NCBI GenBank assembly: GCA_964513735.1 | Contig: CAZENU010000002.1 | Location: forward strand, 24,173-88,172 | Reading direction: 5' to 3' | Length of the DNA: 64,000 nucleotides | From: an uncultured Dehalococcoidia bacterium | GTDB taxonomy: Bacteria > Chloroflexota > Dehalococcoidia > Lucifugimonadales > CAZENU01 | Shown: piece by piece, positions 44,415-57,299 of the stretch | Layout of the letters: each line of letters begins with the position of its first letter | Numbering within the stretch: the first letter of the stretch is position 1 | Notes under the pieces: model-generated | Told to the model about the DNA's origin: nothing | The model's input: the letters and a program-made list of their open reading frames with translations, nothing else | Database searches by the model: none | Position numbers and translations under genes: made by a program

Positions 44415-44464
44415 TTTTCCACAATGGACCGGAGTTGTCCACCTACGGCGGCGAGTTATCCACT
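44415..44464 (+). promoter_or_regulatory. cluster of three co-oriented DnaA-box-like 9-mers (candidate oriC element)
   Basis: TTTTCCACA at 44415-23, TTGTCCACC at 44435-43 and TTATCCACT at 44456-64. Each is preceded by AG, the spacing is 20 and 21 bp, and the cluster lies between the dnaA stop and obg. Confidence 0.5.
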
Positions 44465-44498
44465 GTGCTGGGCCGAAGCTCGCAGCCTGGGAAGAGAG

Positions 44499-45881
44499 CT
44501 ATTTGGCGAGAGCCTCGCGGATATTGATTACGTCCCTGCGGAGGTCCGCATCGGCGTTGATACGGCTCGATATTCGGACGCAGGCGTGCATAACGGTGGT
44601 GTGGTCCTTGCCGCCCAGGACCGCGCCGGCCGACTTCAGGGTGAGATTGGCATCTTCGCGGAGGAGGTACATGGCGACCTGCCTGGCGAGAGCGGTCTCT
44701 TTGTCTCGTCTTCTGCCCTTGAGCACCTCAACGTCAATGGAGAAGTACGAGCATACTGCGTCGAGGATCCGCTGGTCGGACACTTTATGCCGGCGGGAGG
44801 TTTTCAGGGAGTCGGCGATGGCGCGCTTGACCAGATCTACGGAGATCGGGCGTTCGGTGAGCTGCGCGTAGGCAACGATCCTGTTCAGGTTGCCCTCCAG
44901 CTCGCGGACGTTCTTGTGGACCCGCTCTGCCAGGAAGTCCAGCACGTCGTCTGGGAACTGCCGTCCGGTTCCGGCAGCCTTTGCGCGCAGGATGTCCATG
45001 CGCATCTCCAGGTCCGGGGTCTGGATGTCGACGACCAGGCCTGCGGCTAGTCTGGAGCTGACGCGGTCCTCGAGCAGGGTCAGGTTGGACACTGGCCGGT
45101 CGCTGGTGATGACCACCTGCCTGCCGGCCAGGTGGAGCGAGTTGAATGTGTGGAAGAAGCCCTCCTGGGTCTGCTCCTTCCCGATGATGAACTGGATGTC
45201 GTCCAGCAGAAGGACGTCTGCGCTGCGATATCGCGCACGGAAGTCCTCGGTCTTGCCCTCGCGAATAGCCTTGATGTACTGGTTGGTGAACTCCTCGGTA
45301 GTTGCGTAGATCGGGGACAGACCGCGAGATGCCAGCGTGTGTCCGATGGCGTGGAGCAGGTGGGTCTTCCCCAGGCCGACCCCAGAGTAGATGAACAGGG
45401 GGTTGTAGACGCTGCCCGGGCTGTCCGACACCGCAGAGGCGGCCGCGTGGGCCAACTCGTTTGACCGGCCAATGATGAAGGCCTCGAATGTGTAGCGGGG
45501 ATTGAGCACCGCGGCAAAGGGTGCCGGTTCCCGTGAGGGTATGGAGCCGCTCGCCTTCGCGGCACCGCTGGACGTTGCGCCGTTGTGGCTGCCGCCGCCG
45601 CGGGCTCCCTCGGCGGCCCTGTTCGAAGAGATCACCGTGAAGCGTACGGCCACCCCTTTGGCGACGACCCGCTCCACCGACTGGGAGATGAGCGAGTACA
45701 TTCGTTGTTCGAGCATCTCGGCCACGAAGGTGTTGGGTGCGCCGATCACGAACTCGCCATCGCCATAAGCGATGCCGGTAGTGTCGCGGAGCCACGTCTC
45801 ATAGCTTGGACGGGTTACGCGCAACTGGAGGTCGCCGAGGACCGCCTGCCAGACATCTCCAGCTTGTCGATTATTCTCCAT
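44499..45881 (-). CDS. dnaA: chromosomal replication initiator protein DnaA
   Basis: 460 aa. AAA+ Walker A GVGLGKTHLL, Walker B LLLDDIQF and a domain IV HTH (KDHTTVMHA). Confidence 0.95.
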   Translation of the reverse strand: MENNRQAGDVWQAVLGDLQLRVTRPSYETWLRDTTGIAYGDGEFVIGAPNTFVAEMLEQRMYSLISQSVERVVAKGVAVRFTVISSNRAAEGARGGGSHNGATSSGAAKASGSIPSREPAPFAAVLNPRYTFEAFIIGRSNELAHAAASAVSDSPGSVYNPLFIYSGVGLGKTHLLHAIGHTLASRGLSPIYATTEEFTNQYIKAIREGKTEDFRARYRSADVLLLDDIQFIIGKEQTQEGFFHTFNSLHLAGRQVVITSDRPVSNLTLLEDRVSSRLAAGLVVDIQTPDLEMRMDILRAKAAGTGRQFPDDVLDFLAERVHKNVRELEGNLNRIVAYAQLTERPISVDLVKRAIADSLKTSRRHKVSDQRILDAVCSYFSIDVEVLKGRRRDKETALARQVAMYLLREDANLTLKSAGAVLGGKDHTTVMHACVRISSRINADADLRRDVINIREALAK

Positions 45882-46486
45882 GCGGCCTCAGCAGAGATGG
45901 CTCTGTCCAACCAGCGCGACGGCGGCGGCTGTTGCTCCGGCCACATGCGTTGTAGCGAACGACGGCCGCCGACGAATCGCCAGGTAGAGCAAGCCTCTGC
46001 AAGAGCTCGTCTATCACAATAGTCGGCATCTGTCTTGTGGCGATCGTGGCCCTCAAAGCTATGGCTGGCTGCACGCGGCCCATCGTACCCGCGTCGAACA
46101 CCTGGAACCGCATGCTGCAGGCGCGGAGGGCTAGCGGCTCCCTGGGGAGGAGTTGGGGACGCGGGGCAGTTTACCACGGGCCTTTTCTTAGACCGCAAGC
46201 CTTGAAATAACTAATTTCCAGCGACTTTTCTCGCCCCGAGGCACGCGTCCCCTGCGCGGCTTGCCACAGGGCTCCGCTGGGCGGAAAGGCTTCGTAACGG
46301 CGGGGCGAGGCAGGCGTTGGTCGACACGGGCCTAAGTGTTTCTACCGACTATGCGCCGCAGTGCGATGCGGCGGAGGGGTCGCGAGATAGAGAAAAAGGG
46401 GCCTGTCTGCCTGGCGAGATTATACGAAGGCTAATCAACGACTGCCCAACAGCACCTAGCGGGTCTTAGACAAATCTGGGTGGCGT

Positions 46487-46560
46487 GGCCGCCGGAAGGC
46501 CTGGACCGGGCGACCGGGGAACGCATCTAAATTTCGGGAGGCCGGTCCGCGACGGCGGCC
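46487..46560 (-). terminator. large nested GC-rich hairpin about 95 nt downstream of the carB stop (candidate operon terminator)
   Basis: The outer stem pairs ggccgccg with cggcggcc and the inner stem pairs ggaccgg with ccggtcc. No clear U-tract is present. Confidence 0.3.
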
Positions 46561-46653
46561 AATCGCCCCGGCGACCTACCGGAGGGGGCTGTGCGAGCTA
46601 TCGTCCGGCAGGTGCGGTTATCGGTGAAAGAGTTCTTGGAGTTGTAGTCGGAT

Positions 46654-49955
<3,302 letters not shown>

Positions 49956-49956
<1 letters not shown>

Positions 49957-50792
49957 CAATTGGTCCTCTGAAGGCCGGTCGTCGTGGGATGTACCACCTG
50001 CGTCGGACCATCCAGAATTACCAAGCTACCCAGCAGATCGCGAGGGTGACTATCAAGCATGTCCCATACGCGTTGAGGAGCCGTCTCGTAAGCCCCGGGC
50101 AAAGTCCCTGCCTCTTGTCTCGCAGAACTCCCGCCAGGACCCAACCACCTTCCTGTGGATATAATTAACCTGCACTTCAGGTCGTAGGTCTTGCGGAATT
50201 CTCGGAGTTGCCCTGGTTTGTTGTCCACTGCGCCCCACACAGCGGCCTGTATCTTTGGTGAGGCTTCCGTCCCGCTGAACAGTACATGAGTAGCACTAAG
50301 GTCAAATGGCTTCACGGTCTTTCCGTTCGAACGCGGAACTCCTAGGCGGGCAACCTCTGCGCCGTATCGCTCGCCGAGCACCTTATCGAGGAAGTCAACG
50401 GTCTTCGTGGAGCTTTCCCTAAGCTTTAGTACGTCTCTGAACCCGATCTTCCTGGGGCAGGCATAGGCCTCAACTTCCGTCAGGAAGTCCAGGGCCTTGC
50501 TGCTTACGGTGTCCGTGTCCCCCGCAGGGGTCTCCTTGAAGATGCCTGCGAAGTATTGACAATTCGTCTTGCTTTCACTCAATACTCGCTCCAACTTGTC
50601 AACAACCTCTCGCGAGGCTTCGTCTGACATGATGCCGCGTAGGATATTCTGCCGTAAGACTGGTCTCTTAAAGCCTGGCTTAATCCACTTGCCCAGGCAG
50701 TGCCTGATATGTAGATTTGACTGAAGCCTGGTTCGGGCTAGCCGAAGTTCGCCCTCTGAGAGAGGCTCGCCTAGTTGTGCGACATCAACCAT
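49956..50792 (-). CDS. orphan hypothetical protein in a low-GC insert
   Basis: 278 aa from ATG 50792 (the ORF maximum is 50912). No family was recognised. Local G+C is about 50% versus about 70% in the flanks, by hand counts. Confidence 0.5.
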
Positions 50793-50812
50793 TTCACCAT
50801 GATGATCGGCTT

Positions 50813-51508
50813 TCACAGGATCTCCAGCAGCTCGGATAGGGCTGAGATCTGGAAGTCGGGCTGGTGCTCGCCGTCGGCCGTGGCGCCGTCGCGGTTGACC
50901 CAGACAACCCAAGCGCCGACGCCTTTGGCGCCGCCCACGTCGCTGCGCAGCGAGTCTCCCACGTGCAGCAGCTCGTGGGGCTGGCAGCCCGCCTCGTGTA
51001 TGGCGATCTGGAACAGGCGTGGGTCGGGCTTGTTGATGCCTCCGTGGTCCTGGGCGTACACGCCGAAGGAGAACAGGTGCCCCAGGCCGAAGCGCTCGGG
51101 GTAGCTGTTGCCGTTGGATAATATGCCGAGGCGATATCTCGGCGCCAGGGCTTCCAGGGCCGGGCGCACGTCGGCGAACGGTCGCGACGGCGCCCAGCGG
51201 TGCTCGAAGTAGACGTCGCTGAGCCGCTCCGCCAGGGCGTCGTCGGGCCTGCCGACGTCGATCAGCGCCTGCCTGAACGACGCTTTCCTGATCTCGACCA
51301 GGTCGGGGGTGACGTCGCGCATCTTGATGCGGACGCGGTCCCTCGTCTCGACCATTTTGTCGACGTCCAGTATGGCGGCCGCCTCGGGGTCGTGCCTCTC
51401 AAGCTCCCGCAGCGCCTTCTGCAGGGAGCCGCGCATCATCCCGTGGAAGTCCCACAGGGTGCCGTCCACGTCCAGGGTGATGGACTTGATGCCGGTGAGA
51501 CGGGTCAT
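50813..51508 (-). CDS. HAD-superfamily hydrolase, subfamily IA
   Basis: Motif I is LDVDGTLWD, motif II is ILSNG and motif III/IV is KPDPRLF ... HVGDSLRSDVGGAKGVG. Confidence 0.85.
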   Translation of the reverse strand: MTRLTGIKSITLDVDGTLWDFHGMMRGSLQKALRELERHDPEAAAILDVDKMVETRDRVRIKMRDVTPDLVEIRKASFRQALIDVGRPDDALAERLSDVYFEHRWAPSRPFADVRPALEALAPRYRLGILSNGNSYPERFGLGHLFSFGVYAQDHGGINKPDPRLFQIAIHEAGCQPHELLHVGDSLRSDVGGAKGVGAWVVWVNRDGATADGEHQPDFQISALSELLEIL

Positions 51509-51573
51509 GAGGCCGGCGAGTACAGCCGGAGGTCTGTAACACGCGCGAACTGTGGTATATCGGTATCAGCCAT
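51505..51573 (-). pseudogene. 22-codon remnant ORF in the position of a vapC partner (tentative)
   Basis: It encodes MADTDIPQFARVTDLRLYSPAS. It starts in a TAATG overlap with the corrected vapB stop and ends in an ATGA overlap with the HAD start. Confidence 0.3.
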
Positions 51574-51789
51574 TACCACCGGAGCTTTTCCTGTTCTTCC
51601 ATCTCCAATCGCTCCATCTCGCCAAGGTCGACGTCGAGGTTCCCCGCCAACGCTCGCAGCTCCGCTATCTTCCGAATACGAACGAACTCCCGCAGCGCGG
51701 GTAGTGACCGCCCCGCTCTTGGTCTTCTCGCCGATCAGCCGCACTGCGTCCGCCATCAGCTTCTCGTCGATGTTCAGCGTGGCGCGCAT
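51573..51789 (-). pseudogene. vapB: VapB-type (DUF2191-like, RHH) antitoxin with a 1-nt frameshift
   Basis: MRATLNIDEKLMADAVRLIGEKTKSGAV is followed by junk in frame. Shifting one base at about 51700-51705 restores PALREFVRIRKIAELRALAGNLDVDLGEMERLEMEEQEKLRW and a stop at 51573-75. Confidence 0.6.
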
Positions 51790-51804
51790 GACGACGCCTC
51801 GTTG

Positions 51805-52905
<1,101 letters not shown>

Positions 52906-52954
52906 ATGCGGCGCCAATTGGAGAGATGTCTAGCGCCCCAGCGTCCTGGGCGGG

Positions 52955-52980
52955 CCCTTCGACAGGCTCAGGGCGAACGG
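52955..52980 (-). repeat. dispersed repeat family 1 copy (reverse orientation)
   Basis: The plus strand reads cccttcgacaggctcagggcgaacgg, the reverse complement of ccgttcgccctgagcctgtcgaaggg. Confidence 0.7.
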
Positions 52981-53000
52981 CCGCGGTGTTCCGCTCGTGG

Positions 53001-53039
53001 TGAGCCCGTCGATAAGGCTCATGACAGGCTTGTCGAACC
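53001..53039. repeat. dispersed repeat family 1, second partially inverted unit
   Basis: Reads tgagcccgtcgataaggctcatgacaggcttgtcgaacc. Confidence 0.5.
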
Positions 53040-53063
53040 ACAGCCCTCTGCCGGCTCCGGGGC

Positions 53064-54404
53064 TTAGCCACCCTCGAAAGCGCCCCTGGCGTCGTACTTG
53101 ACCTCGCCGCCGACTATGGTGGCCACGACGCGACCCTTGAGGGTCGCGCCGTCCAGCGGCGTGTTGCGGCCCTTCGACGCGAAGGCCGCCGTGTCGACGA
53201 CCCACTCCTCCTGGGGATCGAAGACCGTTATGTCCGCGGCGGCTCCGACCTTGAGGGTCCCGAGCTCCATGCCCAGGAACCTCGCCGGGGCGGCCGTGAG
53301 CTTCTCTATCAATTTCGGGAGCTGGGCGTCGCCGGCGTGGACCAGAGACATGAGCGAGCCGAGGGCGGTCTCCAGGTTGCTGATCCCGCTGGCGGCATCC
53401 TCCAGTGTGCAGAACTTGTCGACCGGGCTGTGGGGCGCGTGGTCGGTGGCGATCAGGTCGATGGTGCCGTCCACGAGGCCGTCCACCATCGCCTCAACGT
53501 CTCTTCGGGAACGCAGGGGTGGCGCGACCTTGGCGTTGGAGTCGTAGGCGTCGGGCGTCAGGTGCTCGAAGTCGGCCCGCCCGTCTCGTCCCAGGAGCGC
53601 TTCGTCGCTAAGAGTGAGGTGGTGCGGCGTGACCTCGCAGGTGACGTTTCGAAGCCCCCGGCGCTTGGCCTGGCGCACCAGCTCGACGGAGCCGGCCGTG
53701 CTGGCGTGCGCGATGTGCAGCCGCCCGCCAGTGAGTTCCGCCAGGGCGATGTCCCGGGCGACCATGATCTCTTCAGCCGAGCTCGGAATACCCTGGACAC
53801 CCAGGAGACTCGATACCCAGCCTTCGTTGGCCAGGCCGTTGCGGCTTAGCTCGGCGACCTCGCAGTGGTTGATGATCGGCAGGCCGAAGGACGAGCTGTA
53901 GCTCAGCGCCTGCCGCATCACGTTGGCGTCGCGGACCGGAAGGCCGTCGTCGCTGAAGCCGACGACTCCGGCGTCCGACATCTCTCCCATCTCGGAGAGC
54001 TCGGCGCCCCGGCTTCCCTTGGTCACGCTGCCGATGGCCAGGACCCTGACCGCGCCCTCTTCACGGCCTTTGCGTAAGATAAAGTCGACCACGGCCCGCG
54101 CGTCGATGACCGGGTTGGTGTTCGGCATGGCGCACACTGTCGTGAAGCCGCCCCGGGCCGCGGCCCGGGTGCCAGTGGTGATGGTCTCCTTGTACTCGAA
54201 GCCGGGTTCCCTCAGGTGGCAGTGGAGGTCGATAAACCCGGGGCAGACCACCAACCCCGTAGCGTCGAAGACCTGGGCATCACCCCGGGACGTGACCCTG
54301 ACGCCCAGCCCCTTGACGACGCCGTCGTCGATCAGCAGGTTGGCCGTCCGGTCGACTTCCTGGCCGGGGTCTATGACCCGGCCGCCGGTAATGAGAATAG
54401 ACAT
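53064..54404 (-). CDS. pyrC: dihydroorotase
   Basis: 446 aa amidohydrolase with PGFIDLHCHLREPG. It lies in the pyr operon between pyrB and carA. Confidence 0.9.
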   Translation of the reverse strand: MSILITGGRVIDPGQEVDRTANLLIDDGVVKGLGVRVTSRGDAQVFDATGLVVCPGFIDLHCHLREPGFEYKETITTGTRAAARGGFTTVCAMPNTNPVIDARAVVDFILRKGREEGAVRVLAIGSVTKGSRGAELSEMGEMSDAGVVGFSDDGLPVRDANVMRQALSYSSSFGLPIINHCEVAELSRNGLANEGWVSSLLGVQGIPSSAEEIMVARDIALAELTGGRLHIAHASTAGSVELVRQAKRRGLRNVTCEVTPHHLTLSDEALLGRDGRADFEHLTPDAYDSNAKVAPPLRSRRDVEAMVDGLVDGTIDLIATDHAPHSPVDKFCTLEDAASGISNLETALGSLMSLVHAGDAQLPKLIEKLTAAPARFLGMELGTLKVGAAADITVFDPQEEWVVDTAAFASKGRNTPLDGATLKGRVVATIVGGEVKYDARGAFEGG

Positions 54405-54408
54405 GCGC

Positions 54409-55419
54409 CTAGGTCCTTCCGTGGGGCATGAGCCCGTAGAGCAGCGCCATACGAACGGCCACGCCGTTGGTCACCTGCTCTTCGATGACCGACCGGGCCC
54501 CGTGGGCGACCTCGGTGTCGATCTCGATGCCCTCGTTCATCGGCCCGGGGTGCATCACGATGACGTCGGGGCTGGCGAGCCTGAGGCGGTCCGCCGTGAT
54601 CCCGTACATCCGCGAGTACTCGCGGACGGTGGGTAGATGGCCGGCCTGCTGGCGCTCGCGCTGTATCCGGAGCGCCATCACGACGTCGGCACCCTCCAGG
54701 GCGCGCTCGACGCTGGTCTCCGTCTCTATGGAGGCGAAGGGGTGCCCTTCGGGCACTCTGGAACCCCCGATGAAGGCCGGCGGCAGCAGCGTAGGGGGGG
54801 CACAGATGACCACGCTGGCGCCCATCCTGGTCAGCCCCCACAGGTTAGACCGCGCCACACGGCCGTACAGGATGTCGCCCACGATGGCGACTCTGACGCC
54901 CTCGATGCGGCCGAGGCGCGTCTGGATGGTGTACAAGTCGAGTAGCGCCTGCGTCGGGTGGGCGTGGCCGCCGTCGCCGGCGTTGATGACGCCGGCGTCG
55001 AGGTTGCGCGCGAGGAAGTACGGCGCCCCCGAGTGTGGATGGCGCATCACGAGCAGGTCGGCGTTCATCGCCTGCAGGGTCAGCGCAGTGTTGTAGAGCG
55101 ACTCGCCCTTCTCGGCGCTGCTGCCGGTGCCGGTCACGTTGATCACGTCGGCGCTGAGGGTCTTGGCGGCGTGCTCGAAGGACACCCTGGTCCGGGTGCT
55201 GGGCTCCAGGAACAGGGTGACGATCGACTTGCCCCTGAGCGCGGGCACCTTCTTGATGTCCCGCCCGAGGACCTCCTTCATGACCGAGGAGTTCTGCATG
55301 ACCTCCTCGATCTCCTCACGGCTGAAGTCGTCAAGGTCCAGGACGTGCCGGCGGCGGGGGCGATGTGTGTCCGGTGCCTGCGCGGCAGCCTCACCTTCTC
55401 GAGCGGACCGGGAGGTCAC
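54409..55419 (-). CDS. pyrB: aspartate carbamoyltransferase catalytic subunit
   Basis: Motifs STRTR, HPTQ and the HPGPMN region are present. The start is GTG within a GTGA overlap with the pyrR stop. There is an N-terminal extension of about 22 aa. Confidence 0.9.
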   Translation of the reverse strand: MTSRSAREGEAAAQAPDTHRPRRRHVLDLDDFSREEIEEVMQNSSVMKEVLGRDIKKVPALRGKSIVTLFLEPSTRTRVSFEHAAKTLSADVINVTGTGSSAEKGESLYNTALTLQAMNADLLVMRHPHSGAPYFLARNLDAGVINAGDGGHAHPTQALLDLYTIQTRLGRIEGVRVAIVGDILYGRVARSNLWGLTRMGASVVICAPPTLLPPAFIGGSRVPEGHPFASIETETSVERALEGADVVMALRIQRERQQAGHLPTVREYSRMYGITADRLRLASPDVIVMHPGPMNEGIEIDTEVAHGARSVIEEQVTNGVAVRMALLYGLMPHGRT

Positions 55420-55955
55420 TGCTGCCTCCTCGAGATGACGACCTCGTCTGAGCCGTCTATCTCCTTGACCCGGACCAGCACCTCCTCGTCGTGGGAGGTG
55501 GGGACGTTCTTGCCGACGTAGTCCGCCCTGATGGGCAGCTCTCGATGGCCGCGATCGATCAGCACAGCAAGCTGGATCTGCCTAGGCCGCCCGATGTCGG
55601 TCAGGGCGTCCATCGCTGCGCGGATGGTCCTGCCCGTGAACAGGACGTCGTCGACCAGCACGACTAGGCGCCCCTCGACGCTGTCGGGGATGTAGGTTGG
55701 GCGCATGAAGGACCGAATGCCGCCGGAGAAGTCGTCCCGATACAGCCCGATGTCCAGGGCGCCCACCGGAGGCCTGGTATCCTCGAACTCCTCGATCCAT
55801 GTGGCCAGCCGATGCGCCAGCGGGACGCCACGGGTATGTAGGCCCACGAGCACGATCTCGCCGGCGCCGCCGTTGCGCTCGAGGACCTCGTGGGCGATGC
55901 GTGACAGAGCACGCCGTATCTCTTCCGCCGACAGTATGGGTCTTGCCTCGGCGAT
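55416..55955 (-). CDS. pyrR: bifunctional pyrimidine operon attenuation regulator / uracil phosphoribosyltransferase PyrR
   Basis: 179 aa with the PRTase loop [13 protein letters not shown]. The start is placed at an in-frame ATC 7 nt after an AAGGGAGG Shine-Dalgarno and downstream of the leader terminator. The nearest canonical in-frame start (GTG 55997) lies inside the terminator stem. Confidence 0.8.
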   Translation of the reverse strand: MAEARPILSAEEIRRALSRIAHEVLERNGGAGEIVLVGLHTRGVPLAHRLATWIEEFEDTRPPVGALDIGLYRDDFSGGIRSFMRPTYIPDSVEGRLVVLVDDVLFTGRTIRAAMDALTDIGRPRQIQLAVLIDRGHRELPIRADYVGKNVPTSHDEEVLVRVKEIDGSDEVVISRRQQ

Positions 55956-55979
55956 CTCGGAGCCTCCCTTCCGGTGCGC

Positions 55980-56011
55980 AAAAAAGCCTCTTGCCACTGC
56001 TGGCAAGAGGC
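55980..56011 (-). terminator. intrinsic terminator of the pyr leader (attenuator)
   Basis: The minus strand reads gcctcttgcca-gcag-tggcaagaggc followed by tttttt. This is an 11-bp perfect stem. Confidence 0.75.
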
Positions 56012-56067
56012 CGGCACAGGTTCCGCGCAGGTCTCGTGGCCACGCTTGACCCAGGAGGGGCACCTTG

Positions 56068-56088
56068 CCAGCCTCACAGGACTGGATT
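56068..56088 (-). promoter_or_regulatory. PyrR-binding-loop-like RNA motif in the pyr leader
   Basis: The minus strand reads AAUCCAGUCCUGUGAGGCUGG followed by CAAGG. It resembles the UCCAGAGAGGCU...AAGG PyrR binding loops of Bacillus-type pyr leaders. Confidence 0.55.
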
Positions 56089-56133
56089 AAAGGTTCGCTA
56101 CTGACGTTCTGCTCCGTATTGGACGTCCGTGAC

Positions 56134-56162
56134 ATTGTACCCAATACCGGGAGGCGTATCAA
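56134..56162 (-). promoter_or_regulatory. candidate sigma70-type promoter of the pyr operon (TTGATA-17-TACAAT)
   Basis: The minus strand reads ttgata cgcctcccggtattggg tacaat, about 170 nt upstream of the pyrR start. Confidence 0.5.
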
Positions 56163-56212
56163 CCGGTGGCCGGCAGACGGGCGCGATCTTGGGGCAGGCG
56201 CCATCATTTACC

Positions 56213-56241
56213 TTGACGCTATATGGAGGCCGCCATAGAAT
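56213..56241 (+). promoter_or_regulatory. candidate sigma70-type promoter (TTGACG-17-TAGAAT) giving a leaderless NUDIX mRNA
   Basis: The -10 element ends 7 nt before the ATG at 56249, and there is no Shine-Dalgarno. Confidence 0.4.
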
Positions 56242-56248
56242 TGGCGTA

Positions 56249-56692
56249 ATGGGACGGAACAGGCGCGCCGTTGAGCTGGTCTCGGCGGGAGGCGTCGTGC
56301 TCAGAGGAGGCGCAAACGGGAACGAGGTGGTGCTCTGTGGCCGGAGCGAGCCGGTCCTCTGGGGCCTGCCCAAGGGCACGCCGGACCCGGGTGAAACGCA
56401 AGAGCAGACGGCCCTGCGCGAAGTACGAGAGGAGACCGGCCTTGAAGTAGAGATAGTCCGGCCGCTGGAGAGCATCCAGTACTGGTTCGTGCGGCCGTCG
56501 GACCGCGCCCGGTGTCATAAGACGGTCCACTACTATCTGATGTCGCCCACCGGCGGCGATACGTCACGCCACGACCATGAGTTCGACGTCGTGGAGTGGT
56601 TCCCGGTACAAGAGGCCATCAAGGCCATGACCCATCGGAACGAGGCGAGACTTGTTGAGAAAGGCACTGCCCTGGCTTCGCGGCAGGAGTGA
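56249..56692 (+). CDS. NUDIX hydrolase
   Basis: 147 aa from ATG 56249. The Nudix box is GLPKGTPDPGETQEQTALREVREETG. Confidence 0.85.
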   Translation: MGRNRRAVELVSAGGVVLRGGANGNEVVLCGRSEPVLWGLPKGTPDPGETQEQTALREVREETGLEVEIVRPLESIQYWFVRPSDRARCHKTVHYYLMSPTGGDTSRHDHEFDVVEWFPVQEAIKAMTHRNEARLVEKGTALASRQE

Positions 56693-57299
56693 GCCGGCGC
56701 GCGCTTCCAGAGTCGAGATCAGGGGCGAGAAAGTCGTCATCCGCGAGAAGCGGATCGAGGACGTCGCCGACGACTACGCGTGGCGCACGGACGAAGAGCT
56801 GTCGCGCCTGGACGCGACCCACCCGCTGCGGATGTCCTTCGCCGAGTTCGCCCGGTTCTCCCGGGATGAGATCATCTATGACAGCTCGGCTTCGAGGCGT
56901 CTCGCTATTGACACGCTCGACGGCCTGCACATCGGCAACTGCATGTACTACGACGTCAATCTCAAGCGCGGCGAGGCCGAGCTGGGGATCATGATCGGCG
57001 ACCGCGGCTACTGGGACAATGGCTACGGCACCGACTCGGTCGAGGCCCTGCTGGGCCATATCTTCACCACGACGCCACTCGGCAGGGTCTACCTCCATAC
57101 GCTGGAGTGGAACGTCCGCGCCCGGCGCGCCTTCGCCAAGTCGGGCTTCAGCGAGGTGAAGAAGGTGAGGCGCAGCGGAATGGACTTCCTCCAGATGGAC
57201 GTCCGCTGCGAGGACTGGGAGCGTCGCAACCGCAACGGTCGCAATCTCGAGCCGCTGGCTGAGCCCGACCAGGATTCCTCCCCCGGACCGGACGCCTAG
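56652..57299 (+). CDS. GNAT-family N-acetyltransferase
   Basis: 215 aa with the acetyl-CoA region ELGIMIGDRGYWDNGYGTDSV and NVRARRAFAKSGF. It has a TTG start overlapping the NUDIX 3' end. Confidence 0.8.
   Translation: MLRKALPWLRGRSEPARASRVEIRGEKVVIREKRIEDVADDYAWRTDEELSRLDATHPLRMSFAEFARFSRDEIIYDSSASRRLAIDTLDGLHIGNCMYYDVNLKRGEAELGIMIGDRGYWDNGYGTDSVEALLGHIFTTTPLGRVYLHTLEWNVRARRAFAKSGFSEVKKVRRSGMDFLQMDVRCEDWERRNRNGRNLEPLAEPDQDSSPGPDA

Noticed and set aside
45871-46113. An 80-aa ORF upstream of, and overlapping, the dnaA start.
   Set aside because: It has no SD and no recognisable family. Its C-terminus is Arg-rich junk that overlaps the dnaA start. It is treated as non-coding.
45882-46653. A search for DnaA boxes, or for RNase P, tmRNA, SRP or 6S RNA, in the carB-dnaA spacer.
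   Set aside because: The best DnaA-box matches are only 6 of 9. None of the hallmark motifs were seen (GGAAAGUCCGG for RNase P, the resume-codon/T-arm ending in CCA for tmRNA, GGAAGCAGC for SRP).
56249-57299. The overlapping NUDIX-GNAT pair as a possible GNAT-toxin type TA module.
   Set aside because: GNAT toxins pair with small RHH antitoxins, not with a NUDIX hydrolase. The GNAT here resembles ordinary RimJ/RimL-like acetyltransferases. There is no evidence for a TA relationship.
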